Of a stretch of 64,000 bases of DNA, positions 27,531-36,944 are shown one piece after another. This stretch comes from Pseudomonadota bacterium (GTDB taxonomy: Archaea > Thermoplasmatota > SW-10-69-26 > JACQPN01 > JAJPHT01). The notes beneath the pieces were generated by a model. The model ran no database searches. It was not told the DNA's origin and worked only from the letters and a program-made list of their open reading frames with translations. The first letter of the stretch is position 1, and each line of letters starts with the position of its first letter. The stretch covers positions 99,493 through 163,492 of the forward strand of contig JAJPHT010000039.1 in the NCBI GenBank assembly GCA_021325135.1. Direction: 5' to 3'. Position numbers and translations under genes: made by a program.

Positions 27531-29711
27531 ATGAAGATCCTCGTCGTCTCGGAGAAGGACATCGCCGCGAAGAAGATCGCGCAGCACCTCAGCGGCGGCG
27601 ACTTCGACCAGGAGAAGGTGGGCGGCGTCAACGTCTACAGCTTCACCGAGGGCAAGGGGAAGGCCAAGAAGGAGACGACCATCGTCGGCCTGCGCGGCCA
27701 CATCGTCAGCCTGGACTACCCCAAGGAGCACCAGCGCTGGAGCCTCGCCAAGCTCCCCGAGCTGGTCTGGGCCGAGCCCACGAAGAAGGTGGACAAGGAC
27801 GCGAAGCCCATCGGCGACGCGGTGAAGAAGCTGGGCAAGTCGGCGGACCTCGTCATCCTCGCGACCGACTACGACCGCGAAGGCGAGCTCATCGGCGTCG
27901 AGGCGCTGGACCTCATCAAGGAGGTCAACCCCGACGTGGAGGTGAAGCGCGCGCGCTTCAGCGCCCTCACCAAGGAGGAGGTCACGCGCGCCTTCGCGAG
28001 CCCCGCGCCCGTGGACCACAACCTGGCGGACAGCGCCGCCGCGCGCCAGTACGTCGACCTCGCGTGGGGCGCCGCGCTCACGCGCTTCCTCTCCATCAGC
28101 GCGGGCCAGCGCGGCCAGGACTTCCTCTCGGTGGGCCGCGTGCAGAGCCCGACGCTCGCCCTCATCGTGGACCGCGAGAAGGAGATCAAGGCCTTCGTGC
28201 CCACGCCCTACTGGGAAGTGCACGCCACGGTCCACAAGGACGCGACGTTCGGCGTGACGCACGACGAGGGCCGCTTCTGGGACAAGGAGAAGGCCACCGT
28301 CGCGCACGCGAAGGTCGCCACCGCCAAGAGCGGCACCGTGGTCAAGGTCGAGAAGAGCAAGCGCACGCTCCAGGCGCCCACGCCCTTCGACACGACGACC
28401 TACCAGCGCGCGGCCGCCGCGCTGGGCTACAGCATCAAGCGCGCCGACAGCCTTGCCGAATCGCTCTACACCGCGGGATACGTCTCGTACCCCCGCACGT
28501 CGAACACCGTCTACCCCGCCTCGCTCAACCTCAAGGAGATCGTCGACAACCTCTCCGCCAAGGGGAGCCCCTTCGAGAAGGACGCCAAGACGGTGCAGGA
28601 CCGCTGGCCCGTGGCGCCCACCAAGGGCAAGAAGGAGACGACGGACCACCCGCCCATCCACCCCACGGGCGTCGTGCCCAAGCCCACCGACATCAGCGGC
28701 CCCGAGTGGCGCGTCTACGAACTCATCGTGCGCCGCTTCCTGGCGACGCTGAGCGACCCCGCGCAGGTGGAGCGCCTGAAGGTGTCCGTGGCCATCGCGA
28801 GCGAGCCCTTCAGCGCCAACGGCCAGCGCCTCCTCGTGCCCGGCTTCCTGGCGGTCTACCCCTACAGCAGCCGCGAGGACGTGATCCTCCCCGCCCTCGC
28901 GGAGGGGGACGCGGTGCAGGTGCGCGGCGCGGAGCTGCTATCAAAAGAGACGCAGCCGCCCAGCCGCCTCACCCAGGCGCGCCTCGTGCAGCAGATGGAG
29001 GAGCTGAACCTCGGCACCAAGGCGACGCGCGGCGACATCATCCAGCGCCTCTACGACCGCGACTTCGTGCGCGGCAAGACGCCCGAGCCCACCGAGACGG
29101 GCTTCGCCATGATCGACACGCTGGAGCACTACGCGCCCATCATCGCGAAGCCCGAGATGACCGCGGCGCTGGAAGGCGAGATGGACCGGATCGCCGAGGG
29201 CGAGCTCCCCCTGGTCGCGGTGGTCGAGGACTCTCGCAAGCTCCTGGAGAAGGTCGTCAAGACCCTCGACGAGAACCGCGAGGCCATCGGCGGAGGCATC
29301 CGCAAGGCGCTGGACGCCAAGAACACGCTGGGCACGTGCCACAAGAGCGGCCACGCGCTCATCATCCGCCGCAGCAAGGCGGGCAAGCGCTTCGTGGGCT
29401 GCTCCGGCTGGCCCAACTGCGACGTGACGTACCCCCTGCCGCAGTACGGCAAGATCGTGCCCGACAGGACGACGTGCCCCGTGTGCGCCGCGCCGGTCAT
29501 CCAGGTGGTCAACCAGGGCAGCAAGCGCGGCCCGTGGATCACCTGCCTCACCATGGGCTGCAAGGGCGTCGAGGAGCGCGAGGCCAAGATGCGCGACGAG
29601 CGCAAGGCCCAGCGCCTCGCGGCGGAGCTCCTGGAGAAGTCCGAGGCCGAGGGCGAGATGCCTGCGGGCGGCGCCTCGGATGAGGACTTGGGCGTCGAGG
29701 AAGGGGCTTAG
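27531..29711 (+). CDS. topA: type IA DNA topoisomerase with C-terminal zinc ribbons
   Basis: TOPRIM motifs (VVSEK, ATDYDREGE), GRVQSPTL, catalytic SYPRT and LGTKATR; start ATG 27531. Confidence 0.96.
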   Translation: MKILVVSEKDIAAKKIAQHLSGGDFDQEKVGGVNVYSFTEGKGKAKKETTIVGLRGHIVSLDYPKEHQRWSLAKLPELVWAEPTKKVDKDAKPIGDAVKKLGKSADLVILATDYDREGELIGVEALDLIKEVNPDVEVKRARFSALTKEEVTRAFASPAPVDHNLADSAAARQYVDLAWGAALTRFLSISAGQRGQDFLSVGRVQSPTLALIVDREKEIKAFVPTPYWEVHATVHKDATFGVTHDEGRFWDKEKATVAHAKVATAKSGTVVKVEKSKRTLQAPTPFDTTTYQRAAAALGYSIKRADSLAESLYTAGYVSYPRTSNTVYPASLNLKEIVDNLSAKGSPFEKDAKTVQDRWPVAPTKGKKETTDHPPIHPTGVVPKPTDISGPEWRVYELIVRRFLATLSDPAQVERLKVSVAIASEPFSANGQRLLVPGFLAVYPYSSREDVILPALAEGDAVQVRGAELLSKETQPPSRLTQARLVQQMEELNLGTKATRGDIIQRLYDRDFVRGKTPEPTETGFAMIDTLEHYAPIIAKPEMTAALEGEMDRIAEGELPLVAVVEDSRKLLEKVVKTLDENREAIGGGIRKALDAKNTLGTCHKSGHALIIRRSKAGKRFVGCSGWPNCDVTYPLPQYGKIVPDRTTCPVCAAPVIQVVNQGSKRGPWITCLTMGCKGVEEREAKMRDERKAQRLAAELLEKSEAEGEMPAGGASDEDLGVEEGA

Positions 29712-29720
29712 GCAGTCGTC

Positions 29721-29811
29721 CGGCCGCGCCGCAGCGCGGCCAAGAGCGGGGGTTTCAGGGGGCGAAGCCCCCTGACGTGAAAGCCCCGTTCCAGCAGACG
29801 ACCAAACGTCA
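29721..29811. repeat. REP-like dispersed repeat, copy A
   Basis: CGGCCGCGCCGCAGCGCGGCCAAGAGCGGGGGTTTCAGGGGGCGAAGCCCCCTGACGTGAAAGCCCCGTTCCAGCAGACGACC...; similar to the copies at 35225 and 49960. Confidence 0.8.
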
Positions 29812-29821
29812 GAGTGACTGC

Positions 29822-30166
29822 CTATCCCCGCCACCGGGCAGCGAGCATCCCCAGCGCCGCCAGCGAGAGCGCGGCTCCCACCAGCAGCCACGCGAGTCCT
29901 CCGCCCAGCGTGTCGCGCGCCACGGGCGCCACGGCGAGAAGGGGGGAGAGCACGCCCAGCGCGCCCACGATGGCCACGCTTCTGCGGCGGCGGTCCTCCA
30001 GCGAGGCGCCGGCGGCCCATGCGAGGCCCATGGAGAGGAGCCCCAGGAAGAGGGCGAAGAGGCGCGCCGTCGCGTCGAGGTCGGGCCTCACGAGGGTGTA
30101 GACCACGGGCAGGTTCGCCACGGCCGCGCCGCTGAGGAGCGCGAAGGGAACGAGCTTGGCCCGCAC
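29822..30166 (-). CDS. small four-TM membrane protein
   Basis: Four hydrophobic segments. Confidence 0.65.
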   Translation of the reverse strand: MRAKLVPFALLSGAAVANLPVVYTLVRPDLDATARLFALFLGLLSMGLAWAAGASLEDRRRRSVAIVGALGVLSPLLAVAPVARDTLGGGLAWLLVGAALSLAALGMLAARWRG

Positions 30167-30209
30167 AAGGCGAGCAGCGGGTGGAGGCGCTTCAAGGCAT
30201 GCCTACGCG

Positions 30210-31034
30210 TCAGGCCGAAGGCGGGTCGGCGCGGAACGTCGTCGCGTCGTAGGGGTACGCGCGCTCGCCGTCCAGCCGCCAGCACGCGACGCGGGAGGAG
30301 GCGCTGCTCGCGCGGATCTCGCAGAAGCGCTCGCCGTCGGCGTCCGCGCGCAGCATGAGGAAGCGCGTCGTCTCGCCCGCGAGGCCGCCGCACGCGCAGG
30401 CGAAGGGGCGGCGCGAGAGGATGGCCGCGGCCATGGCGGCCTCCTGCTCCCAGTCGTCCGCCGCGTGGTGCATGGTGAGGCCGTCCTCCTGGGGCGTGCT
30501 GCACGTCTGGCAGCGGCGCCAGAGCGCGACGCGCGTCGAGTTGCGCATGCCGCGGTAGCGCCTCAGCCACGCGACGACGGCGGGGCCTTCGGCCTCGGGC
30601 AGCACGCGCACCTCGGTCATGGCGCAAGGCTTCGCCGGGCGCGACACGTCCGCCACGATGCGGTCCAGGAGGGGAGCGAGCCCGTCGTAGCCCGCGGAGG
30701 AGGCGGTCCTCAGCAGGTGGATGATGGGGATGAGATGCACGATGGCGCGCGACGCGTCGACCACCTGGAGCATGGGCTCGTGGGGTCCCTCGGCGATCCA
30801 GATGGCGTCGGAGCGGGCGCGAAGCCATTCGCCGACGAACGCGGCGGCCTCCAGCACGGGCGCCTCGTCGGGGGCGGCCTCCGGGGGCAGGCGGTCGCGG
30901 ACGAGCGCCACGAGGTCGGAGGCGGTCGGGAGCGCGGAAGCCTCGGGAACGCCGACCTCCTCGCCGAAAAGGCGGCCGAACATGGCCATGCGCCCCGTGA
31001 CGTCGGCGGTGGGAAAACCGCCCGTTGCGCTCAT
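30210..31034 (-). CDS. hypothetical protein with a C-terminal Cys-pair (putative Zn) domain
   Basis: Only the C-terminal ~274 aa of the 903 aa track ORF look coding; contains RRCQTC...FACACG. Confidence 0.65.
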   Translation of the reverse strand: MSATGGFPTADVTGRMAMFGRLFGEEVGVPEASALPTASDLVALVRDRLPPEAAPDEAPVLEAAAFVGEWLRARSDAIWIAEGPHEPMLQVVDASRAIVHLIPIIHLLRTASSAGYDGLAPLLDRIVADVSRPAKPCAMTEVRVLPEAEGPAVVAWLRRYRGMRNSTRVALWRRCQTCSTPQEDGLTMHHAADDWEQEAAMAAAILSRRPFACACGGLAGETTRFLMLRADADGERFCEIRASSASSRVACWRLDGERAYPYDATTFRADPPSA

Positions 31035-31120
31035 GCGTCCCGGCTGGCCGGGGCGAGTGCTAATAGCCCTTTGGCCACCCCGTCGGTGGGGTCCCGCGGG
31101 CGGCCTGCCGGGCTGGCGGC

Positions 31121-32368
31121 TCACGCCTTCGGCGCGGTCGCCTTGGCGGCGAGGCCCTTGAAGTCGAAGTCCATCTTGAGGAGGTCCTGCTTGATGGCCG
31201 AGACGTCCATGCGCGAGCCGATGATCTTCTTGAGGAAGGGGAGGGGCTTCGCGTCGCCCACCATGACCATGCCGATGAGGCGCCCCTCCTTGAAGATCGC
31301 CCGCCGGTAGACGCCCTCGGCGACGACGCCTTCGAGGATCTCGTCGCCCAGGATGTTGCCCACCGACATGACCGGCTTCTCGAAGTGGTCGATGCTGTAG
31401 AAGTCCACGTGCTCGAAGGGGGTCTTGTTGCCGTGGAGCATGTTGAGCGCCGCGACCTCGCCCTGCTTCTTGGCGGAGGCCCAGCTTCCGTTGATGTTGA
31501 CGCGGTTGAGGATCACGTCGTAGTACTGCGCGACGTCGCCCGCCGCGTAGACGTTGGGCACCGAGGTCTGGAGGTACTCGTTGCAGAGGATGCCTTCGCC
31601 GGTCTTCACGTTGGAGGGCGCGACGGGGCGCAGGCTCATGTTGAGCCCGATGGCGGCGCCCACCGCCTGCACGGGGTAGGTGACGCCCTTGTCGGTGACG
31701 ACGCCGCTGACGTGGTTGCGGTCGTTGACGGTGAAGTGCGTGGGCGTCTCGCCGAAGACGCACTCGACGCCGATCTCCTTGAGGTAGCCCTCGACGATGG
31801 CGCTGCCCTCCTTGTTGAGCCCCTCGCGCCACCAGCGGTTGCCGCGCATGACGTACTTCGTCTCGCACTTGTGCTTCGCGAAGATCACGGCCAGGTCGAT
31901 GCCCAGGAGGCCCGCGCCGATGGCGACGGCCTGGTCGCTGGCCTCGGCGGCGGCGCGGATGCGGCGCGCGTCGGCGAAGGTCCAGAAGGTGTGGACGCCC
32001 TCGGCCTGCCCGTTGGGGACGGGGTAGGGCCGCGGCAGGCCGCCCGTCGCGAGGAGGAGCGAGTCGTACTCGAAGCGCGAGCCGTCCTCGCAGATGACGA
32101 CGTTGTTCTTGTCGTCCACCAGCGTGACGTTGGTGAAGAGGTGGTAGTCGACGTTCCGCTCCTCGTACCACTTGAGGTCGTGGATGCGGCACTTCTGCTC
32201 GTCCTTCTCGCCCTTGGCGAAGTCCTTGATCTGGACGCGGTTGTAGAGCGGCTCGCCCTCGCCGGTGATCTGGACGATGGACGCCTCCTTGTCGTTGGCG
32301 CGCAGCGTCTCCACGGCGGTCGCGCCCGCGATGCCGTCGCCGATGACCACGAATCTCCGGGGGGCCAC
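31121..32368 (-). CDS. NAD(P)/FAD-dependent oxidoreductase (ferredoxin/rubredoxin reductase-like)
   Basis: Motifs GDGIAG, LLATGG, IGAGLLG and TSVPNVYAAGDVA. Confidence 0.9.
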   Translation of the reverse strand: MAPRRFVVIGDGIAGATAVETLRANDKEASIVQITGEGEPLYNRVQIKDFAKGEKDEQKCRIHDLKWYEERNVDYHLFTNVTLVDDKNNVVICEDGSRFEYDSLLLATGGLPRPYPVPNGQAEGVHTFWTFADARRIRAAAEASDQAVAIGAGLLGIDLAVIFAKHKCETKYVMRGNRWWREGLNKEGSAIVEGYLKEIGVECVFGETPTHFTVNDRNHVSGVVTDKGVTYPVQAVGAAIGLNMSLRPVAPSNVKTGEGILCNEYLQTSVPNVYAAGDVAQYYDVILNRVNINGSWASAKKQGEVAALNMLHGNKTPFEHVDFYSIDHFEKPVMSVGNILGDEILEGVVAEGVYRRAIFKEGRLIGMVMVGDAKPLPFLKKIIGSRMDVSAIKQDLLKMDFDFKGLAAKATAPKA

Positions 32369-32422
32369 GAGGATCGCTGCGCGACCCGTCCCTTCCTTCT
32401 TTAGCCTTTGCCTCGGCGGAGG

Positions 32423-32995
32423 TCAGCACGCCGCGCCCGCGGAGCCCGCGAGCCGCCCCTCGGCGTCGGTGACGAACACGGCGTCGTAGCAGGGCGCGCA
32501 GTCGGAGGCGCCGAACGCGAGCCCGACCACCACCGGGAGCCGCACGCAGCCCACCAGCGTCGAGGTGAGCGTCACCGTGCCCTGCACCGTGGCGCCCGGC
32601 GCCTGGAGCGCGTCGACGCCCAGCGAGGCCGCGGGGTCGTCCCCGCGCGTGCCGCCCTGGAACGTGCAGCCCGCGGGGCAGTCCAGCCGCAGCCAGGTGC
32701 CGTTGGGGAGACGCGCGACGTCCGCCGCGCCGCCCTGCGCGCGCACCGCGGCGCCCTCGCCCGCGACGACGGGGACCCACGCGGTGCCGGTGGCCGACCC
32801 CTGGAGCGCCATCACCTCGCGGGAGCGCGTGGGGGGCAGGAAGCAGCCCGCGACGAGGAGCGCCCCCACGACGACCACGGCCGCGCCGGCGCGGGGCCAG
32901 CGCCGCGCGAGGAGCCTCCACGCGACGGCGGTGAGGCCTCCCAGGAGGAGGGCGGCGAAGAGGCCCAGCCCCAGGGCGAAGCCGGCAGGCACCAC
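32423..32995 (-). CDS. membrane-anchored hypothetical protein
   Basis: Two N-terminal TM segments plus a small Cys-containing extracellular domain. Confidence 0.55.
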   Translation of the reverse strand: MVPAGFALGLGLFAALLLGGLTAVAWRLLARRWPRAGAAVVVVGALLVAGCFLPPTRSREVMALQGSATGTAWVPVVAGEGAAVRAQGGAADVARLPNGTWLRLDCPAGCTFQGGTRGDDPAASLGVDALQAPGATVQGTVTLTSTLVGCVRLPVVVGLAFGASDCAPCYDAVFVTDAEGRLAGSAGAAC

Positions 32996-33079
32996 AGGAA
33001 ACGCACCCCGCGGAGGCCCCTAAAGCGTTCCTGTGGGAACGTTGAAGGCAACCCTGGCGCTGGGGCGGGCGTGCAGCCC

Positions 33080-34318
33080 ATGGTCGCCGCTCCCGGGAGC
33101 CCGCGCAAGACCGCCGTGCCGGAGGGCGCGCGCCTCGTGCTGAAGCCCGTGGGCTACGTCGTGCGGCGCAGCAGCCGCGCGGACGACCTCTCCATCATCA
33201 ACGGCGCCCGCGCCTCCTTCGCGAAGCACAAGTCGCAGCTGGGCCCCGAGGACGTGATGACGCCCGAGGAGGCCGACGCGAAGAACGCGCGCCTCGCCGC
33301 GGGGGAGCGCCCCGTGCAGGCCGGCCTCGTCTACCGCCTCCTGGGCCAGGGCCACGAGACTCCGTGCGAGCAGCACGGCCTCCTCGTGCACGTGGTCGAC
33401 GCGCCCGCGCTGCTTCGCAACCTCGTGCCCGACGAGGTGGACGGCGAGCACCACGGCTCCCGCGTGAGCTTCCCCTGGACGTGCAACTTCCGCCACGCCA
33501 TGACGCTCCACCGGCGCGCGCGGCACAGCGGCGACCGCGAGGTCCTGGGCATCGCCTCGGCGCTTCTCCTCGCCTTCCACGAGCAGGGCGTCGAGCACGG
33601 CACCTCGGCGTACCTCCGCAGCCAGCGCATGGACCTGGACACGCTCAGGATCGAGGCGGAGCCCGGCGCGAAGCACGTCCGCGTCCTCGCCAACCCGCCC
33701 ACGGAGGCGGACTGCGTGCGCGCGATCCGCCAACACCTCGGCCCCCTCGTGCAGGGGCTGGACGACCAGGGCGTCGTCGACCATTGCGCGCGCCACCGCC
33801 CTCTCCTGCTGAACCTGTGGGTCTTCACGTGGCAGCTTCGCGCCATCATCCACGTCTTCTGGGACCTCGTGCGCCACCGCAAGAGCAGCCCCAACGGCGA
33901 GAGCGGCCGCTACAGCGTGCTCATGGACGAGTGGATCGAGCTTGGCCTGGACGAGGTGCGCACGCAGAAGGGGCACCCCCTCAGCTACGAGCGCGGCACG
34001 GCGGACCCCGCCATGGCGCAGGAGTTCATCGACGACCTCAACCGCTTCAACGCCGAGGGCGTGCGCCTCTACCGCAAGTGGGTGGAGAAGAAGGTCGCCC
34101 GCGAGATGGCCTCCTGGTTCGAGACGCTGGCCAAGTTCCGCACCTTCGTCTGGACCTTCCGCGGCCTGGGCCTCGCCAACATGGTGGGCCTGCGCAACCA
34201 CCCCACCGCGCTCCACGAGCTGAGGCTCTACGCGGCCGAGATGGAGGCCGACATGAAGGCCGAAGCGCCGCTGCTGCACCGCGCGTTCGAGGGCGACTTG
34301 CGCCGGCACGCGCCGTGA
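33080..34318 (+). CDS. thyX: flavin-dependent thymidylate synthase, long/duplicated form
   Basis: Signature RHR-x7-S (RHRKSSPNGESGRY), N-terminal AR.SF and GHETP.E, C-terminal LR....A.HELR. Confidence 0.8.
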   Translation: MVAAPGSPRKTAVPEGARLVLKPVGYVVRRSSRADDLSIINGARASFAKHKSQLGPEDVMTPEEADAKNARLAAGERPVQAGLVYRLLGQGHETPCEQHGLLVHVVDAPALLRNLVPDEVDGEHHGSRVSFPWTCNFRHAMTLHRRARHSGDREVLGIASALLLAFHEQGVEHGTSAYLRSQRMDLDTLRIEAEPGAKHVRVLANPPTEADCVRAIRQHLGPLVQGLDDQGVVDHCARHRPLLLNLWVFTWQLRAIIHVFWDLVRHRKSSPNGESGRYSVLMDEWIELGLDEVRTQKGHPLSYERGTADPAMAQEFIDDLNRFNAEGVRLYRKWVEKKVAREMASWFETLAKFRTFVWTFRGLGLANMVGLRNHPTALHELRLYAAEMEADMKAEAPLLHRAFEGDLRRHAP

Positions 34319-34381
34319 CCCTTCGACCGATGATCTAGAAACGCATAGCCCCCCGCGGGGCGCGCCCTCGGCGGTGACCTC

Positions 34382-35209
34382 GTGCTCCGCCGGGCCCTCC
34401 TCGCCGCCGCGCTCCTCGCCTGGGCGCTCCCTCTCCCGTCGGCCTCCGCCGACGACGCGACCTGCTTCGCCAACATCGGCGCCGACCTCCTCTCGGCGCG
34501 CTACGTCGCGCAGCACGCCAACGGCGCGACGGAGAACGTCACCCTCTTGAACCTCACGCAGGGCGACAACGTGACGGCCACGCTGGAGATCGCGGGCAAC
34601 GGGGACTGCGACCACGTGCCCTTCCGGCTCGCCGCGTTCGAGCGGGTCCAGTCCAACGAGAACCAGCTCTTCGACGAGTCGCAGGTCTCGGGCAACGCGA
34701 CGGACGGGCAGCCCTTCACGCTCGTCCTGGGCCCGGTCGCGGTGCCGAGCTGCTTCTTCGAGGTCGACCTCTTCCTGGGCGAGGGCCCCACGACGCGCCT
34801 CCTGGACAGCGGCACCGGCGGCTCGGACTTCTGCGGCCCCGGGCCCTTCACGTGCCCCCAGCCCGCCGCGACGCCGGCGCCCGGCTCCATCACGCTGACG
34901 TGGGACGCCGTCGCGCACGCCGAGAGCTACAACGTCTACCGCGCGGAAGGGGGCGGGGCGCGCGTCCTCCTGGGGGACGTGCTCGCGAACGGCACGGAGC
35001 CGCTCTCCTTCGTGGACGGGACCGTCGTCGCGGGCCACACGTACCTCTACACCGTGACCGCGGTCGGGTTCGACCGCGAGACGACCGGCTGCAACCCGCT
35101 GCAGGCCACCGCCTCCACGGAGGTCCCCGTGTTCCCGACCGCGGGCGCGGCGCTGCTGGCGAGCGCGGGCGGCGTGGCGGTCGCCCTCCTCGTGCGGCGG
35201 CGCGGATAG
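34382..35209 (+). CDS. secreted surface protein with an FN3 domain and a C-terminal sorting-like signal
   Basis: Signal peptide; FN3 pattern ITLTWDAV..AESYNVYR...Y.YTVTAV; tail of VPVFPT, a TM segment and RRRG. Confidence 0.82.
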   Translation: MLRRALLAAALLAWALPLPSASADDATCFANIGADLLSARYVAQHANGATENVTLLNLTQGDNVTATLEIAGNGDCDHVPFRLAAFERVQSNENQLFDESQVSGNATDGQPFTLVLGPVAVPSCFFEVDLFLGEGPTTRLLDSGTGGSDFCGPGPFTCPQPAATPAPGSITLTWDAVAHAESYNVYRAEGGGARVLLGDVLANGTEPLSFVDGTVVAGHTYLYTVTAVGFDRETTGCNPLQATASTEVPVFPTAGAALLASAGGVAVALLVRRRG

Positions 35210-35224
35210 TCCAGGACCATCGCT

Positions 35225-35350
35225 CGGCCGCGCCGCAGCGCGGCCAAAATGGGGGGTTTCAGGAGGCTCGCCCCCTGACGTCTCGGTCGTCTGCTGGACG
35301 TTCCTTCACGTCAGGGGGCTTCGCCCCCCGAACCCCCCGCTCTTGGCCGC
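35225..35350. repeat. REP-like dispersed repeat, copy B (two inverted units)
   Basis: 35225-35281 matches copy A directly and 35281-35350 matches copy A in reverse complement. Confidence 0.82.
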
Positions 35351-35655
35351 CAGGCGTAGCGCTCCATGTCGACGCGGCCGTCCTTCCCCAGCTTCACGCC
35401 CTCCGCCGCGAGCCGGTCCATCTGCTCGCGGCGCCACTCCGGGTTCATGATGGCGATGCGCCCGTCCTGCGTGATGACGCGCCACCACGGGAGGCCGCGG
35501 CTGATCTGGAGCGCGCGGCCCACGAAGCGCGCCGTGCGCGGGTAGCCCGCGATGGTGGCGACCATCTTGTACGACGCGACGCGCCCCTTGGGGATGCGCT
35601 TGACGACCCGCGCGATGGCGTGGTGGTACTTCTCGGGCTCGTCCGCCTTGGGCAC
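35311..35655 (-). CDS. alkyltransferase-like (ATL/YbaZ, MGMT-family) protein
   Basis: IP.G.V.SY..VA...G.P..AR.VG.AL; PWWRV replaces the catalytic PCHR. Confidence 0.88.
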   Translation of the reverse strand: MPKADEPEKYHHAIARVVKRIPKGRVASYKMVATIAGYPRTARFVGRALQISRGLPWWRVITQDGRIAIMNPEWRREQMDRLAAEGVKLGKDGRVDMERYAWRPRAGGSGGEAP

Positions 35656-35713
35656 GCGGATGCCACCCGCGCGCCCGATCAAGGTTCTTCCCCTCCGCCG
35701 CGCTTCGCCCCGC

Positions 35714-36274
35714 ATGGCCCGCATCAGCACGGGGACCGGCGACGACGGCACGACCGCGACGGTGGGCGGCGCCCGCGTGCCCAAGACCTCGCTGCGCATC
35801 GCCGCCAACGGCGCCGTGGACGAGTTGAACGACGTGCTGGGCCTCGCCGCCGCGCTGGCCACGCGCCCCGAGCTTCGCGAGGAGATCCGCGGGCTCCAGC
35901 ACGACCTGTTCACCGTGGGGGCCGACCTCTCCGCGCCCCCCGGGGCGTCCACGCTGCGCGTCACGCGCGCGATGGTGGAGCGCGTCGTGGCGCGCGAGGA
36001 CGCGCTGGAGGCCGCCCTCCCGCCGCTCAAGCACTTCATCCTCCCCGGCGGCACGCCCTGTGCCTCCGCGCTCCAGATGGCCCGCAGCGCGGCGCGACGG
36101 GCCGAGCGCGACGCGTGGCGCCTGCACGCGGAGGAGGGGCCCGCGAGCCGCGACGCGCTGGTCTACCTCAACCGGCTCTCCGACCTGCTCTTCCTGCTCG
36201 CGCGGGACGAGAACGTGAAGGCGGGGGCCGAGGAGCGCCAGTGGCTAGGCCGCGCCGAGGAGCGCCGCCGCTGA
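35714..36274 (+). CDS. pduO: ATP:cob(I)alamin adenosyltransferase, PduO type
   Basis: Motifs TGTGDDGTT, GAVDELN, FILPGG, ARRAER and YLNRLSDLLF. Confidence 0.93.
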   Translation: MARISTGTGDDGTTATVGGARVPKTSLRIAANGAVDELNDVLGLAAALATRPELREEIRGLQHDLFTVGADLSAPPGASTLRVTRAMVERVVAREDALEAALPPLKHFILPGGTPCASALQMARSAARRAERDAWRLHAEEGPASRDALVYLNRLSDLLFLLARDENVKAGAEERQWLGRAEERRR

Positions 36275-36877
36275 GCGCGCGACGTAGAGCGCGAGGACGC
36301 CCGCGAAGAAGGCCAGCACGACGGCGGCGCCGTAGGACACGGCCTCCTCGAAGCGGCGCACCCGGCCGGCGCCCGCGCGCGCGAGCGCGGTCCACGCGGC
36401 AATCCACAGCAGGAGCCCGCCGAAGAAGCCCACCGCCGCGAGCCAGCCCAGCTGGAGGAACCACGTCGCGCCGAAGCCCAGCCACCACCCCCAGTTGAAC
36501 GGGCTCGTGACGACGGTGACGTAGGAGCGCGCGAACGAGCCGCGGCCCGAGGCGGGCGGAAGCTCGCCATGCCGGCGCGCCGCGCGCCACGCCTCCCACG
36601 CGAACCACGCCATGAGCGCCGTGCCGGCGACGCCCAGCGCAACGAGGAGCCAGGGCAGGCCCGCGACGACGCGCGCGACGCCGAAGCGCATGAGCAGGAA
36701 CATGGTGAGGTCGCCCGTCACGGCGCCCAGGCCCGTGAGCCAGCCAGCTGCGAAGCCGCGCCGCGTCGCCTCCTGGGCGATGAGCGCGTTGGCGGGGCCC
36801 GGGGGCGCGGCGAGGCTCCACGCCAGCGCGACGCCCGCGAGCAGCGGCGCGCCGAGAAGGGAGAGGCCGGGGTCCAC
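36245..36877 (-). CDS. LysE family transporter
   Basis: Motifs SLAAPPGPAN, G...GLGA..GD and TSPFNWGWW. Confidence 0.88.
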   Translation of the reverse strand: MDPGLSLLGAPLLAGVALAWSLAAPPGPANALIAQEATRRGFAAGWLTGLGAVTGDLTMFLLMRFGVARVVAGLPWLLVALGVAGTALMAWFAWEAWRAARRHGELPPASGRGSFARSYVTVVTSPFNWGWWLGFGATWFLQLGWLAAVGFFGGLLLWIAAWTALARAGAGRVRRFEEAVSYGAAVVLAFFAGVLALYVARSAAALLGAA

Positions 36878-36944
36878 GCAGCGGGAGCCCTCGGCCGGGA
36901 AAAAGGTGTTGGGAAAAGAGGAGAGTCGTGAGGGGCGAAGCGCC

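Noticed and set aside
27531-29711. Intein in topA (also considered for sufB)
   Set aside because: Lengths are normal and no intein splice motifs (C/S...HN-C/S/T) or LAGLIDADG blocks are visible
35311-35655. Active O6-methylguanine methyltransferase (ogt)
   Set aside because: The catalytic Cys motif PCHR is replaced by PWWR, so it is a non-catalytic ATL-type protein
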